A stretch of DNA of 64,000 nucleotides from assembly GCA_021604805.1 (NCBI GenBank), contig BQJR01000004.1:513794-577793 (forward strand), read 5' to 3'. Below are positions 7,616 through 16,729 of the stretch, in pieces. How positions within the stretch are numbered: position 1 is the first letter of the stretch; every line of letters begins with the position of its first letter. The translations under genes were made by a program, and so were the position numbers. This DNA is from Planctomycetota bacterium. Lineage in GTDB: Bacteria; Planctomycetota; B15-G4. The notes beneath the pieces were generated by a model. It worked only from the letters and a program-made list of their open reading frames with translations. It ran no database searches and had not been told where the DNA came from.

Positions 7616-10171
7616 ATGCAGATCCTTCGAACGTCCGCGCGCCACATCGCCCGTCACGCACTCGGCGGCGCCGCGCTCGCCGCATTGCTCGCCGCCCCGC
7701 TGCAAGCGAACGATTCCTTCCTGGTGACGACCCCCGGCTCGCCGGGCACTGCTGGCCTCGTCCCCGAACTGGCCGGCAGCGGACCAGGGACGCCGGGCTC
7801 CACCACCAACTCACTGCGTCTCAGCGAAGCCCTCCCCGTCAGCGCCGCCGTGGCCGTGGTGGGCTTCAGCCAACTGGCCGCGCCGTTCAAGGGCGGCGTG
7901 CTCGGCCCCACGCCCGATTTCCTCCTCGTCGGGTTCGCGACCGACGCCGAGGGCACGCTCGAGGTCCCGTTCAGCATCCCGGCCTCGCTGCCCTTGGCGA
8001 CCCAGATCCTGACCCAGTTCTGGATCGCGGACGCCGGCGCGAGTGCGGGCTTTGCGTCGAGCAACTCGGTGCTCCTTCGCGTGCGCTCGCACGCGAGCCT
8101 CGAAGCTCTGTATCCCAGAGCCAGCTATCTGGTCGGCAACTCCCCGCGCGCCGTCGCGAGCGCCGACCTGAACGCCGACGGGGTGCTCGACCTCGTCGTC
8201 GCGAACCACCAGAGCAACTCGGTGTCGAGCCTGCTCGGCAAGCCAGCCGGCGGGTTCGAGGCCGCCAAGCACTTCCAGGCCGGCGACAACCCGAGCGCCG
8301 TCGCGATCCACGACCTCGACAACGACGGCGTGCCCGACCTCGCCGTGACGAACGAGGGTTCGGGCCAGGTGTCGGTACTGCGTGGCCTCGGCTTCGGCAA
8401 CTTCATGCCGCCGCAGGGCTTCGCGGCGGGCGACAAGCCACGCGGCGTGGCCGTGGGCGACTTCGACGGCGACGGCTGGGCCGACCTCGCCGTGGTGAGC
8501 GAGACCTCGCGCGACGTGGCCGTGCTCCGCGCCGACGGGCTCGGCGACTACGAGCTCTTCGATCGTCATCAGGTCGGCCAGAAGCCCAACTCGATCGTGA
8601 CCGCCGACTTCGACGGCGACGGCGCGCTCGACCTCGTCACGGCGAACTTCGACTCCGACGACATCTCGGTGCTGCTCGGCCTCGGCGACGGCACCTTCGC
8701 CACGCCCGTGCACACCGGCGTGGGCAACGGCGCCTACTTCCTCGCCGCCGACGACCTCGACGACGACGGGAACATGGACCTCGCCATCGCCGTGCGCGCC
8801 GGCGACAGCGTGCGCGCCTTCTACGGTCAGGGCGACGGCAGCTTCAACTCGATCTTCAACTCGCTGGTCGGCGACCAGCCCCACTCCGTGACCATCGCCG
8901 ACCTCGACGGCGACGGCACCCCCGAGCTCGTCACCACGAACATCGCCGACGAAACGCTCACCATCCTGCAGGCTCAGAACGGACTCTACGAAGCTGTGCA
9001 CACCTTCCCGATCGGGCCGACGCCCATCGCCGCCGTGTCGGGCGACTTCGCGGGCGACGGCGAGCTCGACCTCGCCGTCGTGTCACTCAACGGTAACAAG
9101 GTGTCCGTGTTGACCGGCGACGGCGCGCTGAGCTTCGACGAACACCCCACGGTCTTCGCCGGCGAAGCCACGAGGCGCGTGGTGTCCGGCGACATCAACG
9201 GCGACGGCCACACCGACCTCGTGGCGTTGCTCGTCGACGGCCCCGACAGCCTCGCGACCCTGCTGGGCGACGGCCTCGGCGGCTTCGGTGCCGCCACCAC
9301 GGTCTTGGACGCGGGCTTGATCTCCGACATCTGGCTCGCCGACCTCGACGGCGACGCCGTGCTCGACATCTTGTTCCACGAGTCGGCCTCCGGCATCGTC
9401 GGTGTCGCGCTAGGTGCCGGCGACGGCAGCTTCGGTACTGTGCAGCAGTCCACGACGCCCCCCACCGCCACGCGCCTCACGCTCGGCGACGTGAACCTCG
9501 ACGGTCTGCCCGACCTCGCGTTCCCCGTGAGCTCCACGATCAACATGGTCGGGGTGATGCTGAACGCCGGCGACGGCAGCTTCGGCGCGGCGCAGACCTT
9601 CGTGTCGGGCTTCGGCCCCACCGACTTGGCCATCGCCGACATGAACGGCGATGGGCTGCCCGACCTCACTGTGGCGAACGCGAACGCCGGGCGCGTCGTG
9701 GTGTTGCCGGGGCTGGGCGACGGCAGCTTCAGCGCGGCGCTGCCCGGGATCCTCGCGGACGGCGCGCCGCACACCATCAACATCGCCGATCTCGACGTCG
9801 ACGGTGTGCCCGACGCGCTCGTCGGCGTGGGCAACACGCTGCGTGTGATGCGCGGCCTTGGCGGCGGCGTGCTCGACGCCCCGCAGACGCTCACCGACCT
9901 CGTCGGCGCGCACCTCCAGATCGTCGACGTGAACGCTGACGGGATCGTGGACCTCGTGAGCTTCCTCGCGATCCAGCGGGACGTGCTCGTCACCGCGGGC
10001 CTAGGTGGCTTCGAGTTCGCGACGCCACAGTCGTTCTCCGTGGGTCCCGATCTCTACCAGGGTGTCGTCGACGACTGGAACAGCGACGGCGCCCCGGACA
10101 TCGCCGTCGCACTGGGCGACATCCGGCGGATCGCCCTGCTGTTCAACCAAGCGGGAGCCGACAAGCCGTAG
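7616..10171 (+). CDS. Secreted FG-GAP/VCBS repeat protein
   Basis: The signal peptide is MQILRTSARHIARHALGGAALAALLAAPLQA. More than 10 repeats of the 'DLNADGVLDLVVAN / DFDGDGWADLAVV / DLDGDGTPELVTTN' type are present. Confidence 0.85.
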   Translation: MQILRTSARHIARHALGGAALAALLAAPLQANDSFLVTTPGSPGTAGLVPELAGSGPGTPGSTTNSLRLSEALPVSAAVAVVGFSQLAAPFKGGVLGPTPDFLLVGFATDAEGTLEVPFSIPASLPLATQILTQFWIADAGASAGFASSNSVLLRVRSHASLEALYPRASYLVGNSPRAVASADLNADGVLDLVVANHQSNSVSSLLGKPAGGFEAAKHFQAGDNPSAVAIHDLDNDGVPDLAVTNEGSGQVSVLRGLGFGNFMPPQGFAAGDKPRGVAVGDFDGDGWADLAVVSETSRDVAVLRADGLGDYELFDRHQVGQKPNSIVTADFDGDGALDLVTANFDSDDISVLLGLGDGTFATPVHTGVGNGAYFLAADDLDDDGNMDLAIAVRAGDSVRAFYGQGDGSFNSIFNSLVGDQPHSVTIADLDGDGTPELVTTNIADETLTILQAQNGLYEAVHTFPIGPTPIAAVSGDFAGDGELDLAVVSLNGNKVSVLTGDGALSFDEHPTVFAGEATRRVVSGDINGDGHTDLVALLVDGPDSLATLLGDGLGGFGAATTVLDAGLISDIWLADLDGDAVLDILFHESASGIVGVALGAGDGSFGTVQQSTTPPTATRLTLGDVNLDGLPDLAFPVSSTINMVGVMLNAGDGSFGAAQTFVSGFGPTDLAIADMNGDGLPDLTVANANAGRVVVLPGLGDGSFSAALPGILADGAPHTINIADLDVDGVPDALVGVGNTLRVMRGLGGGVLDAPQTLTDLVGAHLQIVDVNADGIVDLVSFLAIQRDVLVTAGLGGFEFATPQSFSVGPDLYQGVVDDWNSDGAPDIAVALGDIRRIALLFNQAGADKP

Positions 10172-10204
10172 GCTGTCGGCGGAGTGGGTTGCATCGGGAG
10201 CGGG

Positions 10205-10239
10205 TGAGTGAGACGGGCGCAGTCGCAGCCCCTCACTCA
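10205..10239. terminator. Hairpin between convergent gene ends (8-bp stem TGAGTGAG / CTCACTCA, 19-nt loop)
   Basis: 10205-10212 pairs with 10232-10239. It overlaps the kynA stop codon and has no U-tract. A terminator role is inferred only from position. Confidence 0.35.
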
Positions 10240-11067
10240 GTCGCTCAACACCGTCCGCACCGCCCAAAGATCCGGGAAGGCCCGGCGGTTCAGCGTCGTG
10301 CGCAGATACCGGATCCCATCAAGGTTGCCGGTGGTGCCCTTGCCCGTGCCCGGCTTGTCGCCGATCTGACGCTCGACCATCATCACGTGGTGGCGTCGCC
10401 AGAGGATCAACTGCTCGTCGAGCTCCACGAGGCCTTCGAGCAACTCGTAGAGCGCGGGGTCGTTGTCCGGTTTGTCGTAGAGCACTTTGAGCGCGAGCAG
10501 GCTGCGTTCTTCGTCGGCTTCGCTGCGCTCGGCGCTGGGCGTGACCACGTCGAAACCGCGCTGGCGGAGCAGCTCGTAGGCGACCTCGTCGATCGACTCG
10601 GCCTCGAGGCGTTTGAGCAGCGCGGGGTGACGCGGGTCTTCGCGCGTGAACGCGGCCAGCGTGGCGTCTTTCAAACCGAGCATCGCTTCGACTTCGCGGA
10701 ACTGCACCGACTGGAAGCCGCTCGCGGGATTCAGCTTCTTGCGGAAGGCCATGAAGTCGGACGGGCGCATCGACTCGAGCACGTGGATCTGCTTCACGAG
10801 CACCTTGAAGATCTCCTGCACGCGACGCGACAGGCGCGTGGCGGTGTAGATCTCGGAGCTGCCACCGACCTTGAGCGCGGCGAGGATCGCGTCGAGCTCA
10901 TGCCGCACGAGCTTGAACCACAGCTCGTAGACCTGGTGCACGATGATGAACTGCAGCTCGTCGTGCGCTTCGGGAACGGTGAGACAATGCTGCTGATCGA
11001 GCAGCTCGGGCACCCGCAGGTACTCGGAGTAACGGATCGGTTCGCTGCCTTCGCTGCCGTAACCCAC
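10237..11067 (-). CDS. kynA: Tryptophan 2,3-dioxygenase
   Basis: 'YSEYLRVPELLDQQ', 'HDELQFIIVHQVYELWFKLVRHELD', 'GTGKGTTGNLDGIRYL'. These are characteristic bacterial TDO blocks. Confidence 0.9.
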   Translation of the reverse strand: MGYGSEGSEPIRYSEYLRVPELLDQQHCLTVPEAHDELQFIIVHQVYELWFKLVRHELDAILAALKVGGSSEIYTATRLSRRVQEIFKVLVKQIHVLESMRPSDFMAFRKKLNPASGFQSVQFREVEAMLGLKDATLAAFTREDPRHPALLKRLEAESIDEVAYELLRQRGFDVVTPSAERSEADEERSLLALKVLYDKPDNDPALYELLEGLVELDEQLILWRRHHVMMVERQIGDKPGTGKGTTGNLDGIRYLRTTLNRRAFPDLWAVRTVLSD

Positions 11068-11235
11068 GCTGCCCTACCTCACTCGTTGTCGCTCTCGCTC
11101 GCTGCGACCACGCTCGACACGCCGCCGAGTGTCCGCCGCAACGACACACGGCGCCGGGACGCGCACAGCATCCCGACGCCGCGTTGACGCGCCAGCCTAG
11201 GCATCGCCCAGGCTGGCGTCCATGCGCACTCGAAC

Positions 11236-12285
11236 TCAGTCTTCCTTGAACAGGTGCACGTCGCGCTGCGGGAAGGGAATCGAGATGCCTTCCTTGTCGA
11301 ACTCTTGCTTGAGCGCCTTGGTGAGGTCGAACTTCACCGCCCAGTAGTCGCCGGTCTTCGACCACGGACGCACCACGAAGTCGACCGTGGAATCACCCAG
11401 GTTGCTGACCTCGATCTGCGGCGCGGGGTCCTTGAGGACCAGCTCGTGCGCGGTGACGACGCGCTCGATGACCGCGCGGGCCTTGTCGATGTCGTCGCCG
11501 TAGCCGATGCCCATGGTCATGTCGACGCGACGCGTGTCCATGGCCGTGATGTTCGTGATCGTGCCGCCCCAGATCGAGCCGTTGGGCACGATCACCTTCT
11601 GGTTGTCGGGCGTCATCATCGTGGTCGACACGAGGGTCATGGCCGTGACCTTGCCGGTGGTGCCACCCGCGGTGACGACCTGCCCGATGTCGTACGGACG
11701 GTAGAGCAGGATCATGATGCCGGCCGCGAAGTTACCGAGCGTGTCTTGCAGCGCGAAGCCCACCACGAAACCGAGCACGCCGGCCGCAGCGAGGAAGGGC
11801 GCCACGTCGACACCGATGGTGCCGAGCGCCACGATCAAGCCGATGAAGAACACGACCTTGCGAACCGTGGTCGTGGCGAAGGTCTTGAGCAGGTCGGACA
11901 CGTTCAGCTTGGCGCCGGAGAGCGCCTTGCCCGTGAGGCCCGCGAGCGCGCCCGCCAAGATCTTGAAGACCAACAAGATCACGAAGAACATCAGCAACTT
12001 GAGCGCGAAGGCGGCGCCGTCTTCTTCGAGCCAGGTCATGCCCTTGTCGGTCCACTTGGTGACGAAGTCCACGGCGTCACCCGGGGAATCCAGGCCGATC
12101 GCGTCGCTGGCTTCCTCAGCGGCCTCGTCGGCAGCATCGGCTGCGTCTTGGGCGGCGTCGGCCGCGTTCTCGGCGGCGACTGCGGCGTCCTCGGCAGCGG
12201 CGGACGTGTCGGCATCCTGCGCCGACACCAGCGGATTGAACAGGGCGACGAGCAAGGTCGTCGACAACAAGAACATGCGCAACAT
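11236..12285 (-). CDS. MscS-family mechanosensitive channel with signal peptide and acidic Ala/Asp-rich N-terminal region
   Basis: 'GFVVGFALQDTLGNFAAGIMILLYRPYDIGQVV' (MscS TM3/beta-domain signature). The N-terminus is MLRMFLLSTTLLVALFNPLVSAQ, followed by DAA/EAA low-complexity sequence. Confidence 0.9.
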   Translation of the reverse strand: MLRMFLLSTTLLVALFNPLVSAQDADTSAAAEDAAVAAENAADAAQDAADAADEAAEEASDAIGLDSPGDAVDFVTKWTDKGMTWLEEDGAAFALKLLMFFVILLVFKILAGALAGLTGKALSGAKLNVSDLLKTFATTTVRKVVFFIGLIVALGTIGVDVAPFLAAAGVLGFVVGFALQDTLGNFAAGIMILLYRPYDIGQVVTAGGTTGKVTAMTLVSTTMMTPDNQKVIVPNGSIWGGTITNITAMDTRRVDMTMGIGYGDDIDKARAVIERVVTAHELVLKDPAPQIEVSNLGDSTVDFVVRPWSKTGDYWAVKFDLTKALKQEFDKEGISIPFPQRDVHLFKED

Positions 12286-12323
12286 ACGAAGACTCCAACG
12301 ATGAGTTCGGGGTGGGTGGTGCG

Positions 12324-12470
12324 GGGCGCCGATGAGCGTGGCGCGGAGACTGGTGTTGTGAGGGGAGGTGCAGGGCGCCGATGAACGTGGCGCGGAGACT
12401 GGTGTTGTGAAGGGAGGTGCAGCGCGCCGGAAATCGACGCGCGGAAACTGGTGCTGTTCGGGATCCTGCC
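12324..12470. repeat. Three tandem ~49-bp direct repeats in the divergent mscS / CoA-ligase intergenic region
   Basis: Units 12324-12372 and 12373-12421 differ at 2 positions (GGGCGCCGATGA[G/A]CGTGGCGCGGAGACTGGTGTTGTGA[G/A]GGGAGGTGCA). The third unit, 12422-12470, is degenerate. Confidence 0.8.
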
Positions 12471-12700
12471 GAGCGCCCGTGAGCGGCGCGCAGAGACAAC
12501 TCGCCGAAGCGATTCGCGGCTCAGCTCGGGGGCAAGAATCTAGCGAAAACGTCCCGCCTCACGCGAATCTGGACAGTTGCACACGAGGCGTCCACAGCCA
12601 GCTCGCGAGCAGCGCCCCCTCGACACCGGTCGCGAGGCCCGCGAGACTGTGCCGCAACCCGCCAACGGGTGGCGAGAAGCCCACGAGGAGATCCATCTCG

Positions 12701-14269
12701 ATGTTTCCCGAGCGCTTCAACCTGGCCCGCTACCTGCTCGAACACAACCTCGAGGCGGGCCGCGGCGACAAGCTCGCGCTGCGCTGGCGCGACGAGGCCC
12801 ACACCTACGCCGGGCTGTGCGCCGCCAGCAGCCGACTCGCGCGCGCGATGGTCGAGCTCGGCCTGCGACAGGAAGAACGCGTGCTCATCGCGCTCTCCGA
12901 TCGCCCCGAGTTCAGTCACGCCTTCTTCGGCACGCTGAAAGCGGGCGCCGTGTTCACGATGGTGAACCCGCTCAACGAAGAGGCCGCACTCGCCGACCTG
13001 CTCGAGTACACACGCGCGCGCATCGCCATCATCGACGCCGAGCTCGCGCCGGTCTTCGAGCGACTCGCGCCCAAGGCGCCGCACTTGTTGCACACGATCG
13101 TGGCCGGTGGCGCGAGCAGCAAAGAGCGCCCCGAACTCGCACACGGGCAACACGCCTTGCTCGACCTCGTGCAACAAGCGCCCGCCGGCGAGTTCTGCGT
13201 CGACACGCATCTGCACGACGTGGCGGGTTGGTTGTTCACGTCGGGAAGCACCGGGCGACCGAAGGCCGCGGTTCACTTCCACGAAGACTTCGCCTTCAAC
13301 GTGGAGCAGTACGCCAAGGGCGTGCTCGGCATCCACGAGAGCGACGTGACCGCCGGCGTGCCCAAACTGTTCTTCGGCTACGCCACGGGCACGAACCTGA
13401 TGTTCCCGTTCGCTGTCGGCGGGAGCACCGTGTTGTTCAGCGAACGCTCCACCCCCGAGCGTCTCTTCGATCTCATCGAAGAAGAGCGCCCCACGATCCT
13501 GACCTCGGTGCCGACCATGATCGGCCGCATGCTCGCGCTCGAAGAGGAAGCCAGCGCGCCGCGCGACTTGGCCAGCCTGCGCCTCGTATTGAGCGCCGGC
13601 GAGAAGTTGCCCGAAGCGCTGCAGGTGCGCTGGCAGGAGCGTTGCGGCGTGGAGATCCTGGATGGCATCGGCAGCGCCGAACTCTTCCATATCTACATCA
13701 GCAATCGCCCAGGTGCGGTGCGTCCCGGCAGCTTGGGCCAAGCCGTCCCCGGCTACGAACCCATGGTGGTCGATGAAGACGGTCGCGAGCTCCCCGCCGG
13801 CGAAACCGGCCGCTTGATCGTCCGCGGAGAATCAGCGGGGCTCTGCTACTGGCAGGCGCACGCGGCGAGCAAAGAAACCTTCCGCGGTGACACGGTGTGG
13901 AGCGGCGACCTCTTCCGTCGCGACGCGGATGGCTACTACTACTGCGAAGGCCGCGCCGACGAACTGCTCAAAGTCGGCGGCCGCTGGGTCGCCCCACACG
14001 AAGTCGAGGAGTGCCTGCTGCGCCACGATGCTGTGGCCCAAGCCGCCGTCGTCGGCTTCACCGACGGCGAAGGCCTCGTGAAACCGCGCGCCTTCATCGT
14101 GTGCCACGGCGGCCACAGCTCCGACGAGCTGCTCGCCGCCGCGCTGCAAACCTGGGTGAAGGAAGACCTCGCCCCGCACAAGTACCCACGCCGCGTGGAC
14201 TTCCTTGTGGACCTGCCGAAGAACGATCGCGGGAAAGTGAACCGGCGAGCGTTGCGCGAGTTGGAGTGA
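12701..14269 (+). CDS. Benzoate-CoA ligase-family aryl acid:CoA ligase (AMP-dependent synthetase)
   Basis: The N-terminus 'FNLARYLLEHNLEAGRGDKLAL' is typical of the benzoate/aminobenzoate-CoA ligase clade. Also seen: 'LFTSGSTGRPKAAVH', 'GDLFRRDADGYYYCEGRADELLKVGGRWV', 'PKNDRGKVNRRAL'. The ATG at 12701 was chosen; upstream codons span the tandem repeats. Confidence 0.85.
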   Translation: MFPERFNLARYLLEHNLEAGRGDKLALRWRDEAHTYAGLCAASSRLARAMVELGLRQEERVLIALSDRPEFSHAFFGTLKAGAVFTMVNPLNEEAALADLLEYTRARIAIIDAELAPVFERLAPKAPHLLHTIVAGGASSKERPELAHGQHALLDLVQQAPAGEFCVDTHLHDVAGWLFTSGSTGRPKAAVHFHEDFAFNVEQYAKGVLGIHESDVTAGVPKLFFGYATGTNLMFPFAVGGSTVLFSERSTPERLFDLIEEERPTILTSVPTMIGRMLALEEEASAPRDLASLRLVLSAGEKLPEALQVRWQERCGVEILDGIGSAELFHIYISNRPGAVRPGSLGQAVPGYEPMVVDEDGRELPAGETGRLIVRGESAGLCYWQAHAASKETFRGDTVWSGDLFRRDADGYYYCEGRADELLKVGGRWVAPHEVEECLLRHDAVAQAAVVGFTDGEGLVKPRAFIVCHGGHSSDELLAAALQTWVKEDLAPHKYPRRVDFLVDLPKNDRGKVNRRALRELE

Positions 14270-14306
14270 CGGCGTCGCGAGAGCACGCAACTCACAGGGG
14301 GATTGC

Positions 14307-15785
14307 ATGAAGCAGGCAAGTTGGTGGGTGGCAGCGCTCGTGATCAGCGCGTCGATCGGCATCTCGTGTGGGTCGAGTTCGCCCGGCGACGCGCAGCCTG
14401 AGTTCGACACGCAGAACTCAGACACCAGCACTTCGAATACCGATGCGGTCGACGCTCAGCCGACAGATGCAGACGCTCAGACCGCAATCGCGAGCGCCGC
14501 TCAGGCCGAGACCGCGAGCACCGATCAGGCCGACGGCGTCGCCGAGATCCGCGGCACGATTCTCGGCCCTGACGGCAACGCTCGCGCCGACGTGCGCGTC
14601 TGGCTCTGGCGCCCGCGACCGGACAACGAGTGGCCGCGCCGTCGCTTCACGCTCGCCCAACCGCCCGGCGAACCCGCGCCGCCGCCGGCTTGGATGTCGA
14701 TCGAGCACGTGACCACGAACACTGAGGGCGTGTTCGTGTTCCACGATCCGCCGCCCGGCGAGCTGCGCGTCACCGGCGGTTTCGGTGATGTCGAGTACGA
14801 GTCGCAAGTCGTCGCGGCCGCGCTCGTGCTGCAGGGCGCTCAGCGCGTCGACCTGGGCGTGATGCCCTTGGGCCGTGACCGTGAGCCGCAACGCCTGCGC
14901 TTCCAGGCTCAGCTCGACGGCGTGCCCGTAGATCCCGGCGAGGTCATCACGGACCCGGCGAGCTTCAAGCTCGGCGCGACCTTCCATGACGTCGGCGACT
15001 GGCCGATCACGGGCACCGCCAACGGGCACGGCTTCGACCGCGACGTGCTCGTGTACGGCTTGCCCGCGTCGCGCTGGCTGATCACTGTCGGTGGACAGAA
15101 CAAGCCGGGCTTCCAACGCGGACAGGTGTTCCCACCCACGAGCACGCCGCGCGCTTCGATCGTCGAGATGCCCGGCGCGCGCGTCGTCATTCCCGTCGAC
15201 TTCCGCACTGTAGTCAATGTCTCGTTGAACACGACCGTGCACGCCAAGATGCCCGCGCCCGAGAGCTTCGACGCGATCGTGTTCGACCAAGACCTCAGGA
15301 TGCTCCAGCGCGTCGAGCAACTTCACCCGGGTCCGTCGCCGCGCCCGAACTTCTACGCGCCCGCAGGTTCCTACGCGCTGGTGATCCGCGAAGCGCGCCC
15401 GGCCCCTGGCACGAACACCAAGCACGTGCTCGGCGTGAAGCATTTCGAGGTCAGCGCACCGGGCCCCGTGGATCTGCACGCCGAGCTGTCCGCAGGCTGC
15501 ACCCTGAAGGGCGTGGTGCTCGACTCACAAGGCGCGCCCATCGCCAACGTTCCGATCACGCTCTGGCCCGCCGGTTCGATGGCGGCGGCCCACCACGAGG
15601 CCCAACTCGGCGGCGCGCGCACCGATCACGCAGGCGCCTTCGAGATCACCGGCGCGCCTGCCCACGCAGCGCTCACACTGCAAGGCTATGGCACGGGCAG
15701 CTACACCCAGGTGGGAACGCTGCTGCAAACCGGCGAGCCCGGCAGCGTGCTCGACCTCGGCGACATCGGCGTGCCCGAAAACTGA
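14307..15785 (+). CDS. Lipoprotein with carboxypeptidase-regulatory-like beta-sandwich repeats
   Basis: MKQASWWVAALVISASIGISCG has a lipobox. 'IRGTILGPDGNARADVRVWLW' and 'LKGVVLDSQGAPIANVPITLW' are CarboxypepD_reg-like. No catalytic motif was seen. Confidence 0.65.
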   Translation: MKQASWWVAALVISASIGISCGSSSPGDAQPEFDTQNSDTSTSNTDAVDAQPTDADAQTAIASAAQAETASTDQADGVAEIRGTILGPDGNARADVRVWLWRPRPDNEWPRRRFTLAQPPGEPAPPPAWMSIEHVTTNTEGVFVFHDPPPGELRVTGGFGDVEYESQVVAAALVLQGAQRVDLGVMPLGRDREPQRLRFQAQLDGVPVDPGEVITDPASFKLGATFHDVGDWPITGTANGHGFDRDVLVYGLPASRWLITVGGQNKPGFQRGQVFPPTSTPRASIVEMPGARVVIPVDFRTVVNVSLNTTVHAKMPAPESFDAIVFDQDLRMLQRVEQLHPGPSPRPNFYAPAGSYALVIREARPAPGTNTKHVLGVKHFEVSAPGPVDLHAELSAGCTLKGVVLDSQGAPIANVPITLWPAGSMAAAHHEAQLGGARTDHAGAFEITGAPAHAALTLQGYGTGSYTQVGTLLQTGEPGSVLDLGDIGVPEN

Positions 15786-15842
15786 ACTTCGCCGGCGTTC
15801 GCGGCGATCGCTGGGCGTTCAGCGTTGCGTGCCGAGTTCCGT

Positions 15843-15870
15843 GCGAAGCGCGCTCAAGTACGCGCTTCGC
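15843..15870. terminator. Perfect 10-bp GC-rich hairpin between convergent genes
   Basis: GCGAAGCGCG (15843-15852), loop CTCAAGTA, CGCGCTTCGC (15861-15870). It lies between stops at 15785 (+) and 15886 (-). There is no U-tract. Confidence 0.5.
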
Positions 15871-15885
15871 CGCTGCGTAGCCCGC

Positions 15886-16560
15886 TCAGCTGTCCTCGCT
15901 CGGTGCGTCTTCCAGCGTGACGCGCGAGTCGTAGTACACGTCGTGGAAGCTGGCGTCGTCGTCGTAGGCCGGGTCCCAGGTCGTGAAGCCGCCCACGAAG
16001 TCGACGATCTCGCCGATGTTCACGAAGAGCCCGAACTGGATCACGGGGATCACGAACTCGGCGCCGATGCGGAAGCGGTCGAGCGTGGGCGGAGCGTTGA
16101 AGCCCCACAGGTTCACTTCGCTCGGGGGCTGGTTGCCGCGCGGGCCGGTGGCGTGGTCGTTGAGCGTGGTGATGTTCGCGAAGAGCACGTGCACGTCGGC
16201 GCGCTCGTGGTCGCCGTCGGGGTCTTCCTGTTCATCCCAGCTGAGCGAGCCGCGGCCGCCGTCGACACCGGCCACACCGAAGTGCAGGAACCACTTGGCC
16301 TGCTGGATCGTGGAGCGACGTCCGAACCACTCGCGGGTGTAACCCAGCGCAGCGAGACCCCCGCCGGCGCCGAAGTAGGTGGTGACTTCGGCCTTAGCAC
16401 CCACACCCACGCCCACGCCGTACTTCAGGTCGATGATGTCGGTGAGGTCCATCAGGCGATCGCCGCCGTAGTCGGCCACCGCGCAGGAAGACTGGGCCAA
16501 GGCCAGGCCGGCGATCAGCAGGCAGGCAAGCAGACGAGTGGGCTTCACGAAGAGGCGCAT
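15886..16560 (-). CDS. Lipoprotein, unknown function
   Basis: MRLFVKPTRLLACLLIAGLALAQSSC is a signal with lipobox. The body is Gly-rich and beta-like with an acidic C-terminus. The longer listed ORF (to 16815) has an Arg/Ser-rich, non-coding-looking N-terminus. Confidence 0.6.
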   Translation of the reverse strand: MRLFVKPTRLLACLLIAGLALAQSSCAVADYGGDRLMDLTDIIDLKYGVGVGVGAKAEVTTYFGAGGGLAALGYTREWFGRRSTIQQAKWFLHFGVAGVDGGRGSLSWDEQEDPDGDHERADVHVLFANITTLNDHATGPRGNQPPSEVNLWGFNAPPTLDRFRIGAEFVIPVIQFGLFVNIGEIVDFVGGFTTWDPAYDDDASFHDVYYDSRVTLEDAPSEDS

Positions 16561-16729
16561 GGGCAGGCGGGTCCGGCTCGGCAAGGAAGACGCTGAAGAA
16601 CGGGCGAAGCAGCGAGTATCGCGGTGCCGGGGGCCTCGGGCAAGCGCGACGGACGGCTGAGACGCCAGCGGGCGGCGCACCCGTCCCGCCGAGTAGACTC
16701 GCCGTCCCTGCCCCACGAGTGCCCCCTTC

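Noticed and set aside
12570-12581. TGGACAGTTGCA upstream of the CoA-ligase gene as a sigma-54 (-24/-12) promoter
   Set aside because: The spacing between the GG and GC dinucleotides is too short compared with the TGGCAC-N5-TTGC consensus.
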